64,000 nucleotides of DNA, taken from an uncultured Clostridia bacterium (GTDB lineage: Bacteria > Bacillota > Clostridia > UBA1212 > UBA1255). The notes under the pieces were generated by a model. That model was given only the letters and a program-made list of their open reading frames with translations, was not told where the DNA came from and made no database searches. Position numbers and translations under genes: made by a program. Below are positions 18,169-30,796 of the stretch, piece after piece (positions within the stretch are counted from its first letter, which is position 1; every line of letters begins with the position of its first letter). The stretch is taken from contig CANQOI010000003.1 in NCBI GenBank assembly GCA_947625435.1, forward strand, positions 1,591-65,590, read 5' to 3'.

Positions 18169-20253
18169 TTATGCGTTTTGGGCATTTCTCTGTTTTATGA
18201 CAGCATCCTGTACACTCTTCGGAACTTCCTCGTAGTGACTCGGCTCCATTATAAACGAACCTCTTCCCTGTGTTATGGATCGGAGTGTCGTCGTGTATCC
18301 GAACATCTCGGCCAGAGGACAGAAAGCAGATATCACCTTATTTCCCGCAACATCATCCATGCCCTCTATCTTGCCTCTCTTTGAACTGATAGAGCCTATT
18401 ATGTCTCCGAGATATTCCTCGGGAACATTCACGCTGACTTTCATGATAGGTTCGAGCAGCACGGGATCTGCCTTGCGGCATGCATCCTTTATTGCCATCG
18501 AGCCTGCTATCTTGAACGCCATCTCGGAAGAGTCGACCTCGTGATAAGAACCGTCAACAAGTGTAACTTTAACGTCAACAACAGGATATCCGCCGAGCAC
18601 GCCTGTCTGAAGTGCATCCTGAATGCCCTGATCAACAGGTCCGATATACTCCTTGGGGATCACGCCGCCGACGATCTTGTTGACGAACTCATATCCTTTA
18701 CCTCTCTCAAGCGGCTCTACCTCGATCACGCAGTGACCGTACTGGCCGCGTCCGCCCGACTGACGCACGAACTTTCCTTCCTGACGTACAGCCTTACGTA
18801 TGCCTTCTTTATACGCAACCTGCGGATTACCTACATTAGCCTCGACCTTGAACTCACGCAGGAGTCTGTCTACTATGATTTCAAGATGGAGCTCGCCCAT
18901 TCCCGAAATAATGGTCTGTCCGGTCTCAGAATCAGTATGAACTCTGAATGTAGGATCTTCTTCGGCAAGCTTCTGAAGAGCTATGCTCATCTTCTCCTGA
19001 CCTGCTTTTGTCTTAGGTTCAACGGCTACCGAAATAACGGGATCCGGAAATTCCATTTTTTCAAGAACGATCGGATTCGTTTCATCGCAAAGCGTGTCGC
19101 CCGTCGTAGTATCCTTAAGTCCCACGGCAGCGGCTATATCACCCGCATATACACAGTTGATCTCTTCTCTGTGATTCGCGTGCATCTGAACTATACGTCC
19201 GATCCTCTCCTTCTTACCCTTTGTTGCATTATAAACATATGAACCTGCTTCAAGCGTTCCCGAATACACACGGAAGAAGCAAAGCTTTCCGACAAAAGGA
19301 TCGGTCACAATCTTGAACGCAAGCGCGGAAAACGGCTCACTGTCGCTGGAGTGTCTGAAGGATTCCTCTTCTTCTCCGGGAACGACGCCTTTGATCGAAG
19401 GAATATCAGTCGGCGCCGGCATAAAGTCTACGATCGCATCGAGGAGCTGCTGCACTCCCTTATTTCTGTAAGACGATCCGCAGAGTATGGGTATCATCTT
19501 AACCGATATCGTAGCCTTTCTGATGGCTCTCTTAAGCTCTTCTACAGTGATCTCCTCTCCTTCAAGATATTTCGCCATTACGTCATCGTCCTGATCCGCA
19601 ACAGCCTCGAGAAGCTTATCCCTGTATTCGGCAGCAAGATCGGCCATATCATCGGGTATAGGCTCGATCTCCACTTTTGTTCCGAGTTCATCTTTATAAA
19701 CGTGAGCATCCATGTTTATAAGATCCACAATTCCTACAAACGAATCCTCTTTGCCTATAGGGAGCTGTATCGGAACGGCGTTTGCGCCGAGGCGAGTGCG
19801 TATCATATCAACGCAACGGTAAAAATCCGCACCCATGATATCCATTTTGTTTACATAGCCCATACGGGGAACACCATATTTATCCGCCTGTCTCCAAACT
19901 GTCTCCGACTGCGGTTCAACGCCTCCTTTGGCGCAGAACAGCGTAACACTTCCGTCAAGGACTCTCAGAGAGCGTTCAACTTCAACGGTAAAATCCACAT
20001 GTCCGGGAGTATCGATTATATTTATTCTCGTATTCTTCCACTGAGCCGTCGTGGCAGCGGAAGTGATCGTAATACCTCTCTCCTGCTCCTGTACCATATA
20101 GTCCATTGTAGCCGCGCCATCGTGTACCTCGCCGATCTTATGAGTACGTCCCGTGTAGAAAAGTATTCTTTCCGTCGTTGTCGTCTTACCGGCGTCTATA
20201 TGAGCCATAATTCCTATATTTCTGGTATTCTCCAAACTAAACTTTCTAGGCAT
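18169..20253 (-). CDS. fusA: elongation factor G
   Basis: 694 aa. [15 protein letters not shown]..., DTPGHVDF. Confidence 0.97.
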   Translation of the reverse strand: MPRKFSLENTRNIGIMAHIDAGKTTTTERILFYTGRTHKIGEVHDGAATMDYMVQEQERGITITSAATTAQWKNTRINIIDTPGHVDFTVEVERSLRVLDGSVTLFCAKGGVEPQSETVWRQADKYGVPRMGYVNKMDIMGADFYRCVDMIRTRLGANAVPIQLPIGKEDSFVGIVDLINMDAHVYKDELGTKVEIEPIPDDMADLAAEYRDKLLEAVADQDDDVMAKYLEGEEITVEELKRAIRKATISVKMIPILCGSSYRNKGVQQLLDAIVDFMPAPTDIPSIKGVVPGEEEESFRHSSDSEPFSALAFKIVTDPFVGKLCFFRVYSGTLEAGSYVYNATKGKKERIGRIVQMHANHREEINCVYAGDIAAAVGLKDTTTGDTLCDETNPIVLEKMEFPDPVISVAVEPKTKAGQEKMSIALQKLAEEDPTFRVHTDSETGQTIISGMGELHLEIIVDRLLREFKVEANVGNPQVAYKEGIRKAVRQEGKFVRQSGGRGQYGHCVIEVEPLERGKGYEFVNKIVGGVIPKEYIGPVDQGIQDALQTGVLGGYPVVDVKVTLVDGSYHEVDSSEMAFKIAGSMAIKDACRKADPVLLEPIMKVSVNVPEEYLGDIIGSISSKRGKIEGMDDVAGNKVISAFCPLAEMFGYTTTLRSITQGRGSFIMEPSHYEEVPKSVQDAVIKQRNAQNA

Positions 20254-20306
20254 ATTTTCTCCATTCTTTCGTAAATAACTATTGCCTTTATGCTCCGTTC
20301 AGTAAA

Positions 20307-20777
20307 TTACCAACGGAAATGAGCAAAAGCTCTGTTGGCCTCTGCCATTTTATGCATATCTTCTTTTCTTCTTACGGCTCCGCCCGCATTGTTAAGAGCA
20401 TCCATGAGCTCGCCCGCAAGACGCTCGGCCATAGTCTTCTCGCTGCGCTTACGTGCAAAGAAAACGATCCAGCGCAATCCGAGTGCCTGACGGCGTTCCG
20501 GCCTTACTTCCATAGGAACCTGATATGTTGCACCGCCGACACGGCGCGCCTTAACCTCTAATTGGGGCATGATATTATTGAGAGCTTCTTTGAAAGCTTC
20601 AAGGGGTTCTTTGCCGGTCTTCTCACGTACGATATCAAAAGCGTCATAGCATATCTTCTGTGCTACGCCCTTCTTGCCGTCGAGCATGATATTATTTATG
20701 AGTTTTGTAACGATCTGATCGTTATATATCGGATCGGGCAGAACCTCTCTCTTCGCAATATATCCCTTTCTAGGCAT
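20307..20777 (-). CDS. rpsG: 30S ribosomal protein S7
   Basis: 156 aa, canonical S7. Confidence 0.95.
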   Translation of the reverse strand: MPRKGYIAKREVLPDPIYNDQIVTKLINNIMLDGKKGVAQKICYDAFDIVREKTGKEPLEAFKEALNNIMPQLEVKARRVGGATYQVPMEVRPERRQALGLRWIVFFARKRSEKTMAERLAGELMDALNNAGGAVRRKEDMHKMAEANRAFAHFRW

Positions 20778-20918
20778 TTAACTTCCCTCCTTACTAATGA
20801 TAATCGATCATCTGGTACTCTGCTCTGCTTCAGAGCAGTACATGCCGGTAAAATTCATAAGATATATCACGTTCATGAAATAAAATCTATATGAAACACC
20901 GGCGATCCCGGTATAAAA

Positions 20919-21341
20919 TTATTTTTTCGAACTCTTCGGCACTTTAGCGCCATACTTGGATCTTCCCTGCATACGGTTGTTTACTCCCGCCGTATCAAGC
21001 GTACCTCTTATGATGTGATACCTCACACCGGGGAGATCCTTAACTCTTCCGCCTCTTATAAGAACAACACTGTGCTCCTGAAGGTTATGTCCGATACCCG
21101 GTATATAAGCGGTAACTTCCATACCGTTTGTCAGACGTACCCTCGCTATCTTACGCAGCGCGGAATTAGGTTTCTTAGGGGTAGTTGTTCTTACGACAGA
21201 GCACACACCTCTCTTCTGTGGACTGCTTATGTCTGTGCTTCTCTTTGCAAGGCTGTTAAAACCTTTCTGGAGCGCAGGAGAAGTGGATTTCTTCTCTACC
21301 GTCTGTCTGCCCTTACGAACCAACTGGTTAAATGTCGGCAT
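20919..21341 (-). CDS. rpsL: 30S ribosomal protein S12
   Basis: 140 aa. [11 protein letters not shown]...[10 protein letters not shown]. Confidence 0.95.
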   Translation of the reverse strand: MPTFNQLVRKGRQTVEKKSTSPALQKGFNSLAKRSTDISSPQKRGVCSVVRTTTPKKPNSALRKIARVRLTNGMEVTAYIPGIGHNLQEHSVVLIRGGRVKDLPGVRYHIIRGTLDTAGVNNRMQGRSKYGAKVPKSSKK

Positions 21342-21436
21342 TCAATTTCACCTCCGTCTATAAATTAAGATAAATATGATATAACACACAAACACGATTT
21401 GGACGATAAAATCGTCCAAATCGCATAAGCGTTGCT

Positions 21437-21465
21437 ATTTTACAATAATGAATCACGCTTGTCAA
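21437..21465 (-). promoter_or_regulatory. sigma-A promoter of the str operon (rpsL-rpsG-fusA-tuf)
   Basis: On the minus strand: TTGACA (21460-21465), 17-nt spacer, TAAAAT (21437-21442). A 12-bp perfect hairpin GATTTGGACGAT/ATCGTCCAAATC at 21396-21422 lies in the 5' UTR. Confidence 0.5.
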
Positions 21466-21514
21466 TAAGACTCATTCCGTAATTTCCCTTCATCTTGCCC
21501 GGATTCCGACTGCT

Positions 21515-24500
21515 CTATTCCTCATCGGGATCACTGTCGTCGTCAAGATAGATATCTCCGTCGATTATATCGTAATCATTTTCATCGATCTCACCGAGAT
21601 CTTCATCCTCGAGCGTTTCGAGAAGCTCCTCGTCTTCATCCGGAGCCACTGCATCTTCGGCTGCATCTTCATCGGAAGCATCTGTCTGCACAGTGCCCGG
21701 AGCTTCCCCAGGTTTACGCTTAAGTGCCTCTACATTTATATCAATATCCTTGTAGCGGCTCATTCCCGTACCTGCGGGTATGAGCTTTCCGATTATAACG
21801 TTTTCTTTAAGTCCGAGGAGCGGATCGCGCTTACTCTTTATCGCAGCCTCGGTAAGCACACGCGTTGTTTCCTGGAATGAAGCTGCGGACAGGAATGATT
21901 CGGTGGCAAGAGATGCCTTTGTTATTCCGAGCAGCGCTCTGCTTCCCGTAGCCTCCTGCTTGCCTTCCTCTCTCATTTTTGCATTTTCGGCTTTGAATGT
22001 TGAAATATCGACCACGCTTCCCGGGAGAAGTGTCGTATCTCCGGCATCGTCTACCTTGATCTTCCTGAGCATCTGCCTTACTATGACCTCAATATGCCTG
22101 TCATTGATCTTAACGCCCTGCATATTGTAGACCTTCTGCACTTCTTCGATTATATAGTTCTGAACACCGGTAACGCCTATTATGCGCAATATGTCATGCG
22201 GATTGACAGATCCGCTCACTATCATATCGCCCTTTTTAACGGTATCCCCGTCCTGAACCTTTATATTCGTGCCTGTCACAAAAGAATAAGAAACACTTTC
22301 TCCGGTTTCGGACGTTACGGTAACTTCCTTCTTCTTTCCTGCATCATTAATTGACACTGTTCCGTCAAGCTCGGATATCGTGGCGTTTCCTTTGGGCTTT
22401 CGTGCTTCGAAAAGCTCTTCTACTCTCGGAAGGCCCTGGGTGATATCGTCGGCTGTGGCAACACCGCCGGTATGGAACGTACGCATCGTAAGCTGTGTAC
22501 CGGGCTCTCCTATCGACTGAGCCGCTATTATTCCGACTGCATCTCCTATATTGCACTCCTCATTGGTCGCCAGGTTCGAACCGTAGCACTTGGCGCATAC
22601 GCCGTGGGCGCACTGACATGTAAGTACCGATCTGATCTTAACCTTTGTATATCCGGCAGCCACTATTTTTTCAGCAAGCTCTTCGGTTATGAGAGTATCG
22701 CGATCGGCAAGGAGCTCACCCGTAACGGGATCTACTATATCCTCCGCAGGATAACGTCCCGAAATACGCGCTTCGAGCGGAACTATGGGTCCCTGCTCCT
22801 TAGCATCACTGTTCTCGATCGCGGATATTTCTATATATTCGTCTGTTCCGCAGTCCGCCTCGCGTATTATCACTTCCTGGCTCACATCCACAAGCCTTCT
22901 TGTAAGATATCCGGAGTCGGCGGTCCTGAGAGCAGTGTCGGAAAGTGTCTTTCTCGTTCCGTGGCTCGATATGAAGAATTCGAGTACGTCAAGACCTTCA
23001 CGGAAGTTGGCCTTTATAGGTATCTCTATCGATTTACCCGATGTATCCGTCATAAGTCCGCGCATTCCGGCGAGCTGCTTTATCTGGTTGATATTACCTC
23101 TTGCTCCCGAGTCGCTCATCATGTTTATAGGATTGTACTCTCCCATGTTCTTCTTGAGAATCGCGGTGAGCTTATCGATCGTTTCGGTCCATGCCTTTAT
23201 AACATTGTTATAACGCTCTTCCTCGGTTATAAGACCTCTTCTGTACTGTTTTACTATTTTATCGACGAGCTTGTCGGTCTCTTCAATGAGCTGCTGCTTC
23301 TCGGGAGGAACTATTATATCCTCTATTCCGACGGTTATGGCGCCCTTTGTCGAATACTTATATCCGAGTGACTTTATCTTATCCAGTACAACGGCCGTTT
23401 CGGTAAGCCCGTGTACCTTTATGCATTTGTCAAGTATCTCTCCTAAGGTTCCCTTCTTGACGAGCATATCGATCTCAAGGACGAGCGCATTTTCGCGTTT
23501 TGTTCTGTCTACGAAACCGAGATCCTGAGGTATCGCCTCGTTAAAGATGAGCTTTCCGATCGTCGTATTTATTATCTGACTTATCGGTTCGCCCTCGAAT
23601 TCTCCGAACCGACGCACCTTTATGGCTGTATGAAGGTCTATGCGTCCCGTGTCATATGCGAGCTTTGCCTCATCGAACGATCCGAAAACAGGCGCGTTCG
23701 TATAATCCTTGTTCTTGTAAAGCGTAAGATAATAGCTTCCGAGTACCATGTCCTGAGTCGGGACCGTTATAGGCTTGCCGTCTTTGGGAGCGAGAAGGTT
23801 ATTCGCAGACAGCATGAGCACCCTCGCCTCAGCCTGAGCCTCCGCGGAAAGCGGCACATGCACTGCCATCTGGTCTCCGTCAAAGTCGGCATTGTATGCC
23901 GTACATACGAGCGGGTGCAGTCTGAGTGCGCGTCCCTCAACAAGCACGGGTTCAAATGCCTGTATGCCGAGTCTGTGCAGCGTAGGCGCTCTGTTGAGCA
24001 GGACAGGGTGTTCCTTTATTATGTCCTCAAGTATATCCCATACTTCCGGACGGACTCTGTCCACCATTTTACGGGCGCTCTTTATATTCTGGGCTTTGCC
24101 GTCATTAACGAGCTTTCTCATAACGAACGGCTTAAACAGCTCAAGTGCCATTTCCTTCGGAAGACCGCACTGATATATTTTAAGCTCAGGTCCGACAACT
24201 ATAACGCTTCGTCCGGAATAATCGACTCTCTTTCCGAGCAGATTCTGGCGGAAGCGTCCCTGCTTGCCGCGGAGCATATCGGAAAGAGATTTAAGAGGTC
24301 TGGTGTTAGGTCCCGTCACCGGGCGTCCGCGGCGTCCGTTGTCGAGGAGCGCGTCCACAGCTTCCTGGAGCATTCTTTTCTCGTTTCTGACAATGATATC
24401 CGGGGCCCTCAGCTCCTGAAGTCTTCTCAGTCTGTTGTTTCTGTTAATCACGCGCCTGTACAGATCATTGAGGTCCGATGTGGCGAATCTGCCGCCGTCG

Positions 24501-25267
24501 AGCTGTACCATAGGACGAAGGTCCGGAGGTATTACCGGTATGACGGAAAGTATCATCCATTCAGGTTTGTTGTGTGACTGTCTGAAAGCTTCAACGACCT
24601 CAAGTCTCTTAACAAGACGCATTTTCTTCTGGCTTATCGTCTGTCCGCCTTTTTCCTTTTCTTTCTGAGTGAGGCGGTCTACCTCTTCCCTGAGTTCTGC
24701 GGAAAGCTCATCGAGATCGACGTCGTGGAGGAGCTTCTGTATCGCCTCGGCGCCCATCTGAGCCTGAAAACGCTGATACCCGTATGTTTCGATCGCCTCT
24801 CTGTACTCACGCTCGGTAAGAACCTGCTTATACGCAAGAGCAGTCGTTCCGGGATCGATGACAACGTATGCGGCAAAATACAATATCTTTTCCAGCGCTC
24901 TCGGAGCCATATCGAGTATGAGTCCCATTCGGCTGGGTATACCTCTGAAAAACCATATGTGGGATACGGGAGCCGCCAGTTCAATATGTCCCATACGTGT
25001 ACGTCTGACCTTTGAGCTTGTTACTTCAACTCCGCATTTGTCACATACGATACCTCTGTATCTGTTTTTCTTATATTTACCGCAGTGGCACTCTCCGTCC
25101 TTTGTAGGTCCGAATATTCTTTCGCAGAAAAGTCCGTCCTTTTCAGGCTTAAGAGTCCTGTAATTTATGGTTTCAGGCTTTTTGACTTCTCCGTGAGACC
25201 ATTTGAGTATGGTTTCAGGCGAGGCAAGACCTATCTGTATTGAATCAAAATTATTAAAATCTGTCAT
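21515..25267 (-). CDS. rpoC: DNA-directed RNA polymerase subunit beta'
   Basis: 1250 aa. [12 protein letters not shown] catalytic motif and zinc-finger CxxC motifs. Acidic C-terminal tail. Confidence 0.97.
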   Translation of the reverse strand: MTDFNNFDSIQIGLASPETILKWSHGEVKKPETINYRTLKPEKDGLFCERIFGPTKDGECHCGKYKKNRYRGIVCDKCGVEVTSSKVRRTRMGHIELAAPVSHIWFFRGIPSRMGLILDMAPRALEKILYFAAYVVIDPGTTALAYKQVLTEREYREAIETYGYQRFQAQMGAEAIQKLLHDVDLDELSAELREEVDRLTQKEKEKGGQTISQKKMRLVKRLEVVEAFRQSHNKPEWMILSVIPVIPPDLRPMVQLDGGRFATSDLNDLYRRVINRNNRLRRLQELRAPDIIVRNEKRMLQEAVDALLDNGRRGRPVTGPNTRPLKSLSDMLRGKQGRFRQNLLGKRVDYSGRSVIVVGPELKIYQCGLPKEMALELFKPFVMRKLVNDGKAQNIKSARKMVDRVRPEVWDILEDIIKEHPVLLNRAPTLHRLGIQAFEPVLVEGRALRLHPLVCTAYNADFDGDQMAVHVPLSAEAQAEARVLMLSANNLLAPKDGKPITVPTQDMVLGSYYLTLYKNKDYTNAPVFGSFDEAKLAYDTGRIDLHTAIKVRRFGEFEGEPISQIINTTIGKLIFNEAIPQDLGFVDRTKRENALVLEIDMLVKKGTLGEILDKCIKVHGLTETAVVLDKIKSLGYKYSTKGAITVGIEDIIVPPEKQQLIEETDKLVDKIVKQYRRGLITEEERYNNVIKAWTETIDKLTAILKKNMGEYNPINMMSDSGARGNINQIKQLAGMRGLMTDTSGKSIEIPIKANFREGLDVLEFFISSHGTRKTLSDTALRTADSGYLTRRLVDVSQEVIIREADCGTDEYIEISAIENSDAKEQGPIVPLEARISGRYPAEDIVDPVTGELLADRDTLITEELAEKIVAAGYTKVKIRSVLTCQCAHGVCAKCYGSNLATNEECNIGDAVGIIAAQSIGEPGTQLTMRTFHTGGVATADDITQGLPRVEELFEARKPKGNATISELDGTVSINDAGKKKEVTVTSETGESVSYSFVTGTNIKVQDGDTVKKGDMIVSGSVNPHDILRIIGVTGVQNYIIEEVQKVYNMQGVKINDRHIEVIVRQMLRKIKVDDAGDTTLLPGSVVDISTFKAENAKMREEGKQEATGSRALLGITKASLATESFLSAASFQETTRVLTEAAIKSKRDPLLGLKENVIIGKLIPAGTGMSRYKDIDINVEALKRKPGEAPGTVQTDASDEDAAEDAVAPDEDEELLETLEDEDLGEIDENDYDIIDGDIYLDDDSDPDEE

Positions 25268-25288
25268 TCTGTCCGCACTCCTTTACAA

Positions 25289-28200
25289 TCACTCCGAATC
25301 GGTCGTATCTGAAATATTGTCAAATACGTCTGCGTCAAGTTCTGCCTCTCCCTCTTCAAAATCAGATATTTCCGGCTCATCCGTGTCGTCAAAATCGTCA
25401 TCGTGAAGTATATCGTCCGACGGATCGGACTCGGCCGAAGCATCGCCCGACATGAATATTCCGCCCGAATCATCCGTAAATGACTGAAAATCGGGATTGT
25501 ATACGTCCTTCTTGGTCCTGTATTTATCGGGATTCTTTATATAATCCTCTTCCGCCTCTTTAAGCGGTATCTCCGTATTGTCTTCCGTAAAGATACGCAC
25601 GTCGAGAGCAAGGCTCTGCAGCTCTTTAACAAGCACCTTGAACGACTCCGGTATGCCGGGTTCGGGAACATTCTCACCCTTTACAATGGCTTCATAAGTC
25701 TTTACGCGTCCTATGGTATCATCGGACTTGATAGTGAGTATCTCCTGAAGTGTATACGCGGCTCCGTAAGCTTCGAGCGCCCATACTTCCATTTCACCGA
25801 AGCGCTGTCCTCCGAACTGTGCCTTTCCTCCGAGAGGCTGCTGTGTAACGAGCGAGTACGGTCCGGTCGAGCGCGCGTGTATCTTATCGTCAACAAGATG
25901 ATGAAGCTTAAGATAATACATATATCCGACTGTTACCGGGTTATCGAAGGGTTCTCCCGTACGGCCGTCGTAAAGTATCGTCTTTCCGTCCGGACTCTTG
26001 CCCGCAAGCTTGAGCGTGTCTATAATGTCATGCTCCGACGCCCCGTCGAATACAGGGGTCGCTATCTTCCATCCCAGTGCTTTTGCAGCGTATCCGAGAT
26101 GCACCTCTAGCACCTGACCTATGTTCATTCGGGAAGGAACGCCGAGAGGATTGAGCACTATTTCAAGCGGCGTACCGTCCGGCAGGAACGGCATATCCTC
26201 TTCCGGTAAAATCCTCGATATAACGCCCTTATTTCCGTGACGACCTGCCATTTTATCTCCGACGGAGAGCTTTCTCTTCTGAGCTATATAAACTCTTACC
26301 ATGCGGTTTACTCCGGGTGCCAGTTCATCGTCATTTTCTCTTGTAAATTCTTTAACGTCAACGACTATTCCGGATTCGCCGTGAGGAACCTTGAGTGATG
26401 TATCTCTTACATCTCTTGATTTCTCGCCGAATATGGCCCTCAGCAGTCTTTCCTCCGCAGTGAGCTCTGTCTCGCCCTTAGGAGTCACCTTGCCTACCAG
26501 TATATCTCCGGCATGAACCTCAGAGCCTACGATTATCACGCCGTTCTGGTCGAGCATGCGGAGCGCGTCCTCTCCCACATGGGGTATCTCGGCCGTTATC
26601 TCTTCCGGTCCGAGCTTTGTGTCTCTTGCCTCGCACTCATATTCTTCTATGTGTATCGAGGTGTATATGTCTTCTTTAACAAGCTTCTCGCTTATGAGGA
26701 CCGCGTCCTCGTAGTTGTAGCCTTCCCATGTCATAAAGCCTATGAGAGCGTTTCTTCCGAGAGCTATCTCTCCTTTGTCGGTGGACGGACCGTCCGCTAT
26801 CACATCGCCCTCTTCCACTCTCTGATCAAATGTCACGACAGGCTTCTGATTTATGCATGTGCCCTGATTGGAGCGCAGGAACTTGAGCAGATTGTACGTA
26901 TCAAACGTACCGTCATCGCGCTGAATGATTATATATTTGCCGGTGACGTCCTTGACTGTTCCGGAATGCTTCGCAAGCACAACGGCGCCCGAATCCTTGG
27001 CCGCTTTATACTCTATTCCCGTTGCTACGATAGGAGATTCGGCACAGAGCAGCGGAACAGCCTGGCGCTGCATGTTCGATCCCATGAGCGCACGGCTCGC
27101 GTCATCGTTCTCAAGGAACGGTATCATGGCCGCAGCCACGGACACTACCTGTTTCGGTGAAACGTCCATATAGTCGACACGTTCGCCTTCAACTTCTATA
27201 AATTCATCTCTGTATCTGCAGACGACCTTACGGTTCTTGAAATGTCCTTCCTCGTCGAGGGGCTCGTTTGCCTGAGCAATTATATATTTGTCCTCTTCAT
27301 CGGCCATGAGGTAGTCGATGTGATCGGTCACGATTTTCTTTTCGGGATCGTATTTTCTATATGGAGCTTCAATGAATCCGTATTCATTGATCCTCGCATA
27401 TGTACTCAGCGAGCCTATCAAACCTATATTCGGACCTTCCGGTGTTTCTATAGGACACATGCGTCCGTAATGCGAATAGTGTACGTCACGTACGTCGAAT
27501 GTCGCCCTTTCTCTGTTGAGTCCTCCCGGTCCCAGAGCGCTGAGCCTTCTCTTGTTGGCGAGCTCCGCCAGCGGATTCGTCTGATCCATGAACTGCGACA
27601 GCTGGCTCGAACCGAAGAATTCTTTGATCGCTGCCGTCACGGGTCTTGTGTTTATGAGCGCCTGAGGCGTTATCACGTCTTTCTCCTGCATCGCCATACG
27701 TTCGCGCACGATTCTTTCCATTCTCGAAAGTCCGATCCTGAACTGATTCTGGAGCAGTTCGCCTACGGAACGTATCCTTCTGTTCCCGAGATGGTCTATA
27801 TCATCCGTGAAGCCTATATCGTACTGCAGGTTCAGTATATAGCTGAAGGACGCTATTATATCGTCAAGCGTCAGATGCTTCGGCTGAAGATCGGGCACTC
27901 TGTTCTGTATCTCCTTCTCGAGCGCCTCGGTATCATCACCGACACGGTCAAGTATGTCTTTGAGCACTGTGTAATTTACACGTTCGGTTATGCCGTATTG
28001 TCTTACATTGAAAGGCACGTACTTCGTGATGTCCACAGTATTGTTTCCGATGATCTTAACAGGTCTGTACGATGTGTTTATGATTACGGTATTTATACCG
28101 CGATCCTGTATATCAACGGCCTTCTCCTCAGTCAGCGTCTCTCCGGCCTGTGCGATCACCTCTCCCGTTTCGGTGTCGATGACATCGGCCGCCAATGTCT

Positions 28201-29116
28201 TTCCTTCTATCTGTGAAAACAGTGAAAGCTTTTTGTTGAATTTATAACGGCCGACCTTGGCAAGGTCGTATCTCTTGGCGTCAAAGAACATTCCGTAAAG
28301 CAGAGAGCGGGCATTCTCAACGAGAGCCGGCTCACCGGGACGGAGCTTCTTGTATATCTCAATAAGCGCTTCGTCCGTATTCTGTGTCGAATCCTTCTGG
28401 AGTGTGTTCAGAAGGCGTTCGTCTACGATGGTATCCTCAACGTTCTCGGCATATGAAGGCGCGAGTTCATCCTTAGACACGGAGAAAAGGCCCAGTATGC
28501 TGCTGCTGTCGCTGTAGCCGAGGGCTCTCAGTAAGATCGTAGCGGGGATCTTTCTGTTTCTGTCTATCCTCACGTATACGATATCGCTGAAATCTATTTC
28601 CGTTTCAAGCCATGCTCCTCTGTTGGGGATGAGAGTTGATGCGGTTATATGCTTACCTTTGATCTTATCGTAATTCTTTTCAAAATATGCTCCGGGGGAA
28701 CGCACCAGCTGACTTACGATAACACGTTCGGCTCCGTTCATTATGAATGTTCCGTTATCCGTCATGAGAGGAAACTCTCCGAAGTATATAACGTCCTCCT
28801 TCATAAGTCCCGTTTCTTTATCTACAACACGTACGCGAACCTTAAGAGGAGATGCGTATGTCGCGTCTCTTTCCTTGCATTCCTCTATTGAATAATTGGT
28901 TTTGTTTTCGAGATAATAATCTACGAATTCCAGCATCAGATTTCCCGAATAATCGGTGATCGGGGAAATATCCTTAAAGACTTCTTTCAGGCCCTCGTCC
29001 AGGAACTGCTTATATGAGCTCTTCTGAACTGCTATGAGATTAGGCATTTCCAATATTTCCTGTATACGGGAATAGCTCTGTCTCTCATTCTGACCGTACA
29101 TTACCGAATGCACCAT
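25289..29116 (-). CDS. rpoB: DNA-directed RNA polymerase subunit beta
   Basis: 1275 aa, canonical RpoB conserved regions. Acidic C-terminal extension. Confidence 0.97.
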   Translation of the reverse strand: MVHSVMYGQNERQSYSRIQEILEMPNLIAVQKSSYKQFLDEGLKEVFKDISPITDYSGNLMLEFVDYYLENKTNYSIEECKERDATYASPLKVRVRVVDKETGLMKEDVIYFGEFPLMTDNGTFIMNGAERVIVSQLVRSPGAYFEKNYDKIKGKHITASTLIPNRGAWLETEIDFSDIVYVRIDRNRKIPATILLRALGYSDSSSILGLFSVSKDELAPSYAENVEDTIVDERLLNTLQKDSTQNTDEALIEIYKKLRPGEPALVENARSLLYGMFFDAKRYDLAKVGRYKFNKKLSLFSQIEGKTLAADVIDTETGEVIAQAGETLTEEKAVDIQDRGINTVIINTSYRPVKIIGNNTVDITKYVPFNVRQYGITERVNYTVLKDILDRVGDDTEALEKEIQNRVPDLQPKHLTLDDIIASFSYILNLQYDIGFTDDIDHLGNRRIRSVGELLQNQFRIGLSRMERIVRERMAMQEKDVITPQALINTRPVTAAIKEFFGSSQLSQFMDQTNPLAELANKRRLSALGPGGLNRERATFDVRDVHYSHYGRMCPIETPEGPNIGLIGSLSTYARINEYGFIEAPYRKYDPEKKIVTDHIDYLMADEEDKYIIAQANEPLDEEGHFKNRKVVCRYRDEFIEVEGERVDYMDVSPKQVVSVAAAMIPFLENDDASRALMGSNMQRQAVPLLCAESPIVATGIEYKAAKDSGAVVLAKHSGTVKDVTGKYIIIQRDDGTFDTYNLLKFLRSNQGTCINQKPVVTFDQRVEEGDVIADGPSTDKGEIALGRNALIGFMTWEGYNYEDAVLISEKLVKEDIYTSIHIEEYECEARDTKLGPEEITAEIPHVGEDALRMLDQNGVIIVGSEVHAGDILVGKVTPKGETELTAEERLLRAIFGEKSRDVRDTSLKVPHGESGIVVDVKEFTRENDDELAPGVNRMVRVYIAQKRKLSVGDKMAGRHGNKGVISRILPEEDMPFLPDGTPLEIVLNPLGVPSRMNIGQVLEVHLGYAAKALGWKIATPVFDGASEHDIIDTLKLAGKSPDGKTILYDGRTGEPFDNPVTVGYMYYLKLHHLVDDKIHARSTGPYSLVTQQPLGGKAQFGGQRFGEMEVWALEAYGAAYTLQEILTIKSDDTIGRVKTYEAIVKGENVPEPGIPESFKVLVKELQSLALDVRIFTEDNTEIPLKEAEEDYIKNPDKYRTKKDVYNPDFQSFTDDSGGIFMSGDASAESDPSDDILHDDDFDDTDEPEISDFEEGEAELDADVFDNISDTTDSE

Positions 29117-29516
29117 TGATAATCACCTCATGTTTTCTTCCTGCAAAGCTGTCTCAGCAAGGCTTGTCCTGAAACTATTGCGCACCGTATGATTTCATGC
29201 TATAATCCGCACATCAGGACGGGCAACAGTTGATATTGGTACTACGCACGGCGCGTTTTGCGTGCGCCAATGCACCGTTGTAATCAATCAGGCGATTACA
29301 ACGCAGTTTGTTATTGTATCACGAAGCAGTCAACGCGTCAAGACGGTGATAAGGTATCTCATAAAATTAATAATTTTCACATTTTGGTTATATTGGCGGC
29401 GGTGCGATCCGGCGTTTTATATGAGAATTCGTCGAATTATATATCTTCGTATTTTATATCTTCCTATTTCATTTCAATGATGTATAATACTACCCGTGAA
29501 GGAAGGAGCGGCAGTA

Positions 29517-30221
29517 ATGAACACAGCATTGATCCTGGCCGGCGGGAAAGGCACGCGCATGGGGGCTTCCGTGCCCAAACAATATATTTTACACAACGGT
29601 AAGCCCATACTCATACACACGTTGGAAGCATTTGCCGGACATGACGGTATAGATGACATATATATAGTATGTCCGCGGGACAGTATAGATCTGACGAGAG
29701 AAATGACCGTAAAATATAACGTGTCTAAGATAGCGGGCATTTTACCGGGAGGCGCGACGAGACGCGAATCGTCTCTTGCGGGCATACGCGCCATATCGGA
29801 GGATCACGGACGCGGTGACATAGTGCTCATACACGATGCGGCAAGACCGAATGTGTCCGCACGCATCATCTCGGAGAATATATCTGCGGCGGGCAGGTAC
29901 GGCGCGTGTGAAACGGCAGTAGCCGTATGCGACACGATAGCGGTATCCGAGGACGGGCTCAGGATAAAAAATATACCCGACAGAAGGTGCCTGTACAACG
30001 TGCAGACTCCTCAGTCGTTCAGGCTCGGGGTTATATATGACGCTCACACGGCGCTTGACGATAAACTCACGGAAAGCCCCGACGCCGCAAAAGACGTAAC
30101 GGACGATGCCGCTCTCATTTTACGGAACGGCGGCGATGTTTTTATTGTGGAGGGCGACAAATTGAACATCAAGATCACAACGGAGGAGGACCTCAGAATA
30201 TTATACAATATAATGATTTGA
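29517..30221 (+). CDS. ispD: 2-C-methyl-D-erythritol 4-phosphate cytidylyltransferase (IspD/TarI family)
   Basis: ALILAGGKGTRMG...PKQY nucleotidyltransferase N-terminus. The start at 29517 follows GGAAGGAGC. The track ORF starts at 29496. Confidence 0.7.
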   Translation: MNTALILAGGKGTRMGASVPKQYILHNGKPILIHTLEAFAGHDGIDDIYIVCPRDSIDLTREMTVKYNVSKIAGILPGGATRRESSLAGIRAISEDHGRGDIVLIHDAARPNVSARIISENISAAGRYGACETAVAVCDTIAVSEDGLRIKNIPDRRCLYNVQTPQSFRLGVIYDAHTALDDKLTESPDAAKDVTDDAALILRNGGDVFIVEGDKLNIKITTEEDLRILYNIMI

Positions 30222-30241
30222 TATTCGGGAGGTGTTGTGAA

Positions 30242-30463
30242 ATGTCCGGATGCTTGTGTATAGCAGGTTCTCAGAATCAGGCTTCGGCTATCGTTTCGAT
30301 GCTCAGGCGCGCGGGCGTAAGAAGTGAGATCGTTCCGACGCCGCGCCGCCTCGCGGAAGGCGAAGGCTGCTCGTACAGCGTGGAAATACCGCAAAAATAT
30401 GTTTCTGCCGCAATGGACATGCTGCGCCGTTCAGGCATGGACAACAGGATAGTGTGCCCGTAA
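30242..30463 (+). CDS. small DUF3343-like protein (putative Se/S-carrier-like)
   Basis: ~73 aa. IVPTPRRLAEGEGCSYSV resembles the DUF3343 TPRE..GCG core. The start is uncertain (30218 or 30242). Confidence 0.4.
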   Translation: MSGCLCIAGSQNQASAIVSMLRRAGVRSEIVPTPRRLAEGEGCSYSVEIPQKYVSAAMDMLRRSGMDNRIVCP

Positions 30464-30480
30464 CGGAAAAATTTTACACT

Positions 30481-30509
30481 TGCTTTTTGTACGGTAAAAA
30501 TATATAATC
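30481..30509 (+). promoter_or_regulatory. orphan sigma-A promoter (TTGCTT-17-TATAAT) with no downstream plus-strand gene
   Basis: TTGCTT at 30481-30486, exact 17-nt spacer, TATAAT at 30504-30509. Confidence 0.45.
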
Positions 30510-30515
30510 CCGCCA

Positions 30516-30780
30516 TGGAATGTCCGGGTGTATTCCTGGGGTGTTCGACAAGAACCTGTATTTTGAACCTACATCACAAACACGGGAATCCCATGCAAGA
30601 TGTTTTTAGACCGGGCCGCAAGCTAATTCCGGACTTTTGTCCGGCAGCGGAAGGTCGATATTACACGCAGGATACCCACCTAGCTCGGCTAGGTGTCAAA
30701 ATATTGGGGCGGCATCCCGGGTATCCCGGATTTTTTGCAGCAGCAACCGGAGACAGTTGCTGCTGCGTTCATTTGACGCC
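30516..30780 (+). ncRNA. candidate small RNA (~230-260 nt) between orphan promoter and hairpin/terminator cluster
   Basis: No plausible CDS with an RBS in the region. Hairpins: CACCTAGC-TCG-GCTAGGTG (30677-30695), CCGGG-TAT-CCCGG + T6 (30717-30736), and GCAGCAGCAA/TTGCTGCTGC 10-bp stem (30737-30766) followed by GTTCATTTGA. Confidence 0.3.
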
Positions 30781-30796
30781 CCTCAGCGTCCGCCGT

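Noticed and set aside
21780-28247. Numerous plus-strand ORFs inside rpoC and rpoB
   Set aside because: All are antisense to the long RNAP subunit genes and have low-complexity, unrecognisable products. The same holds for the ORFs antisense to nifJ (7719-11099), fusA/tuf, copA (30874-32936), glnS/gltX and the ribosomal cluster.
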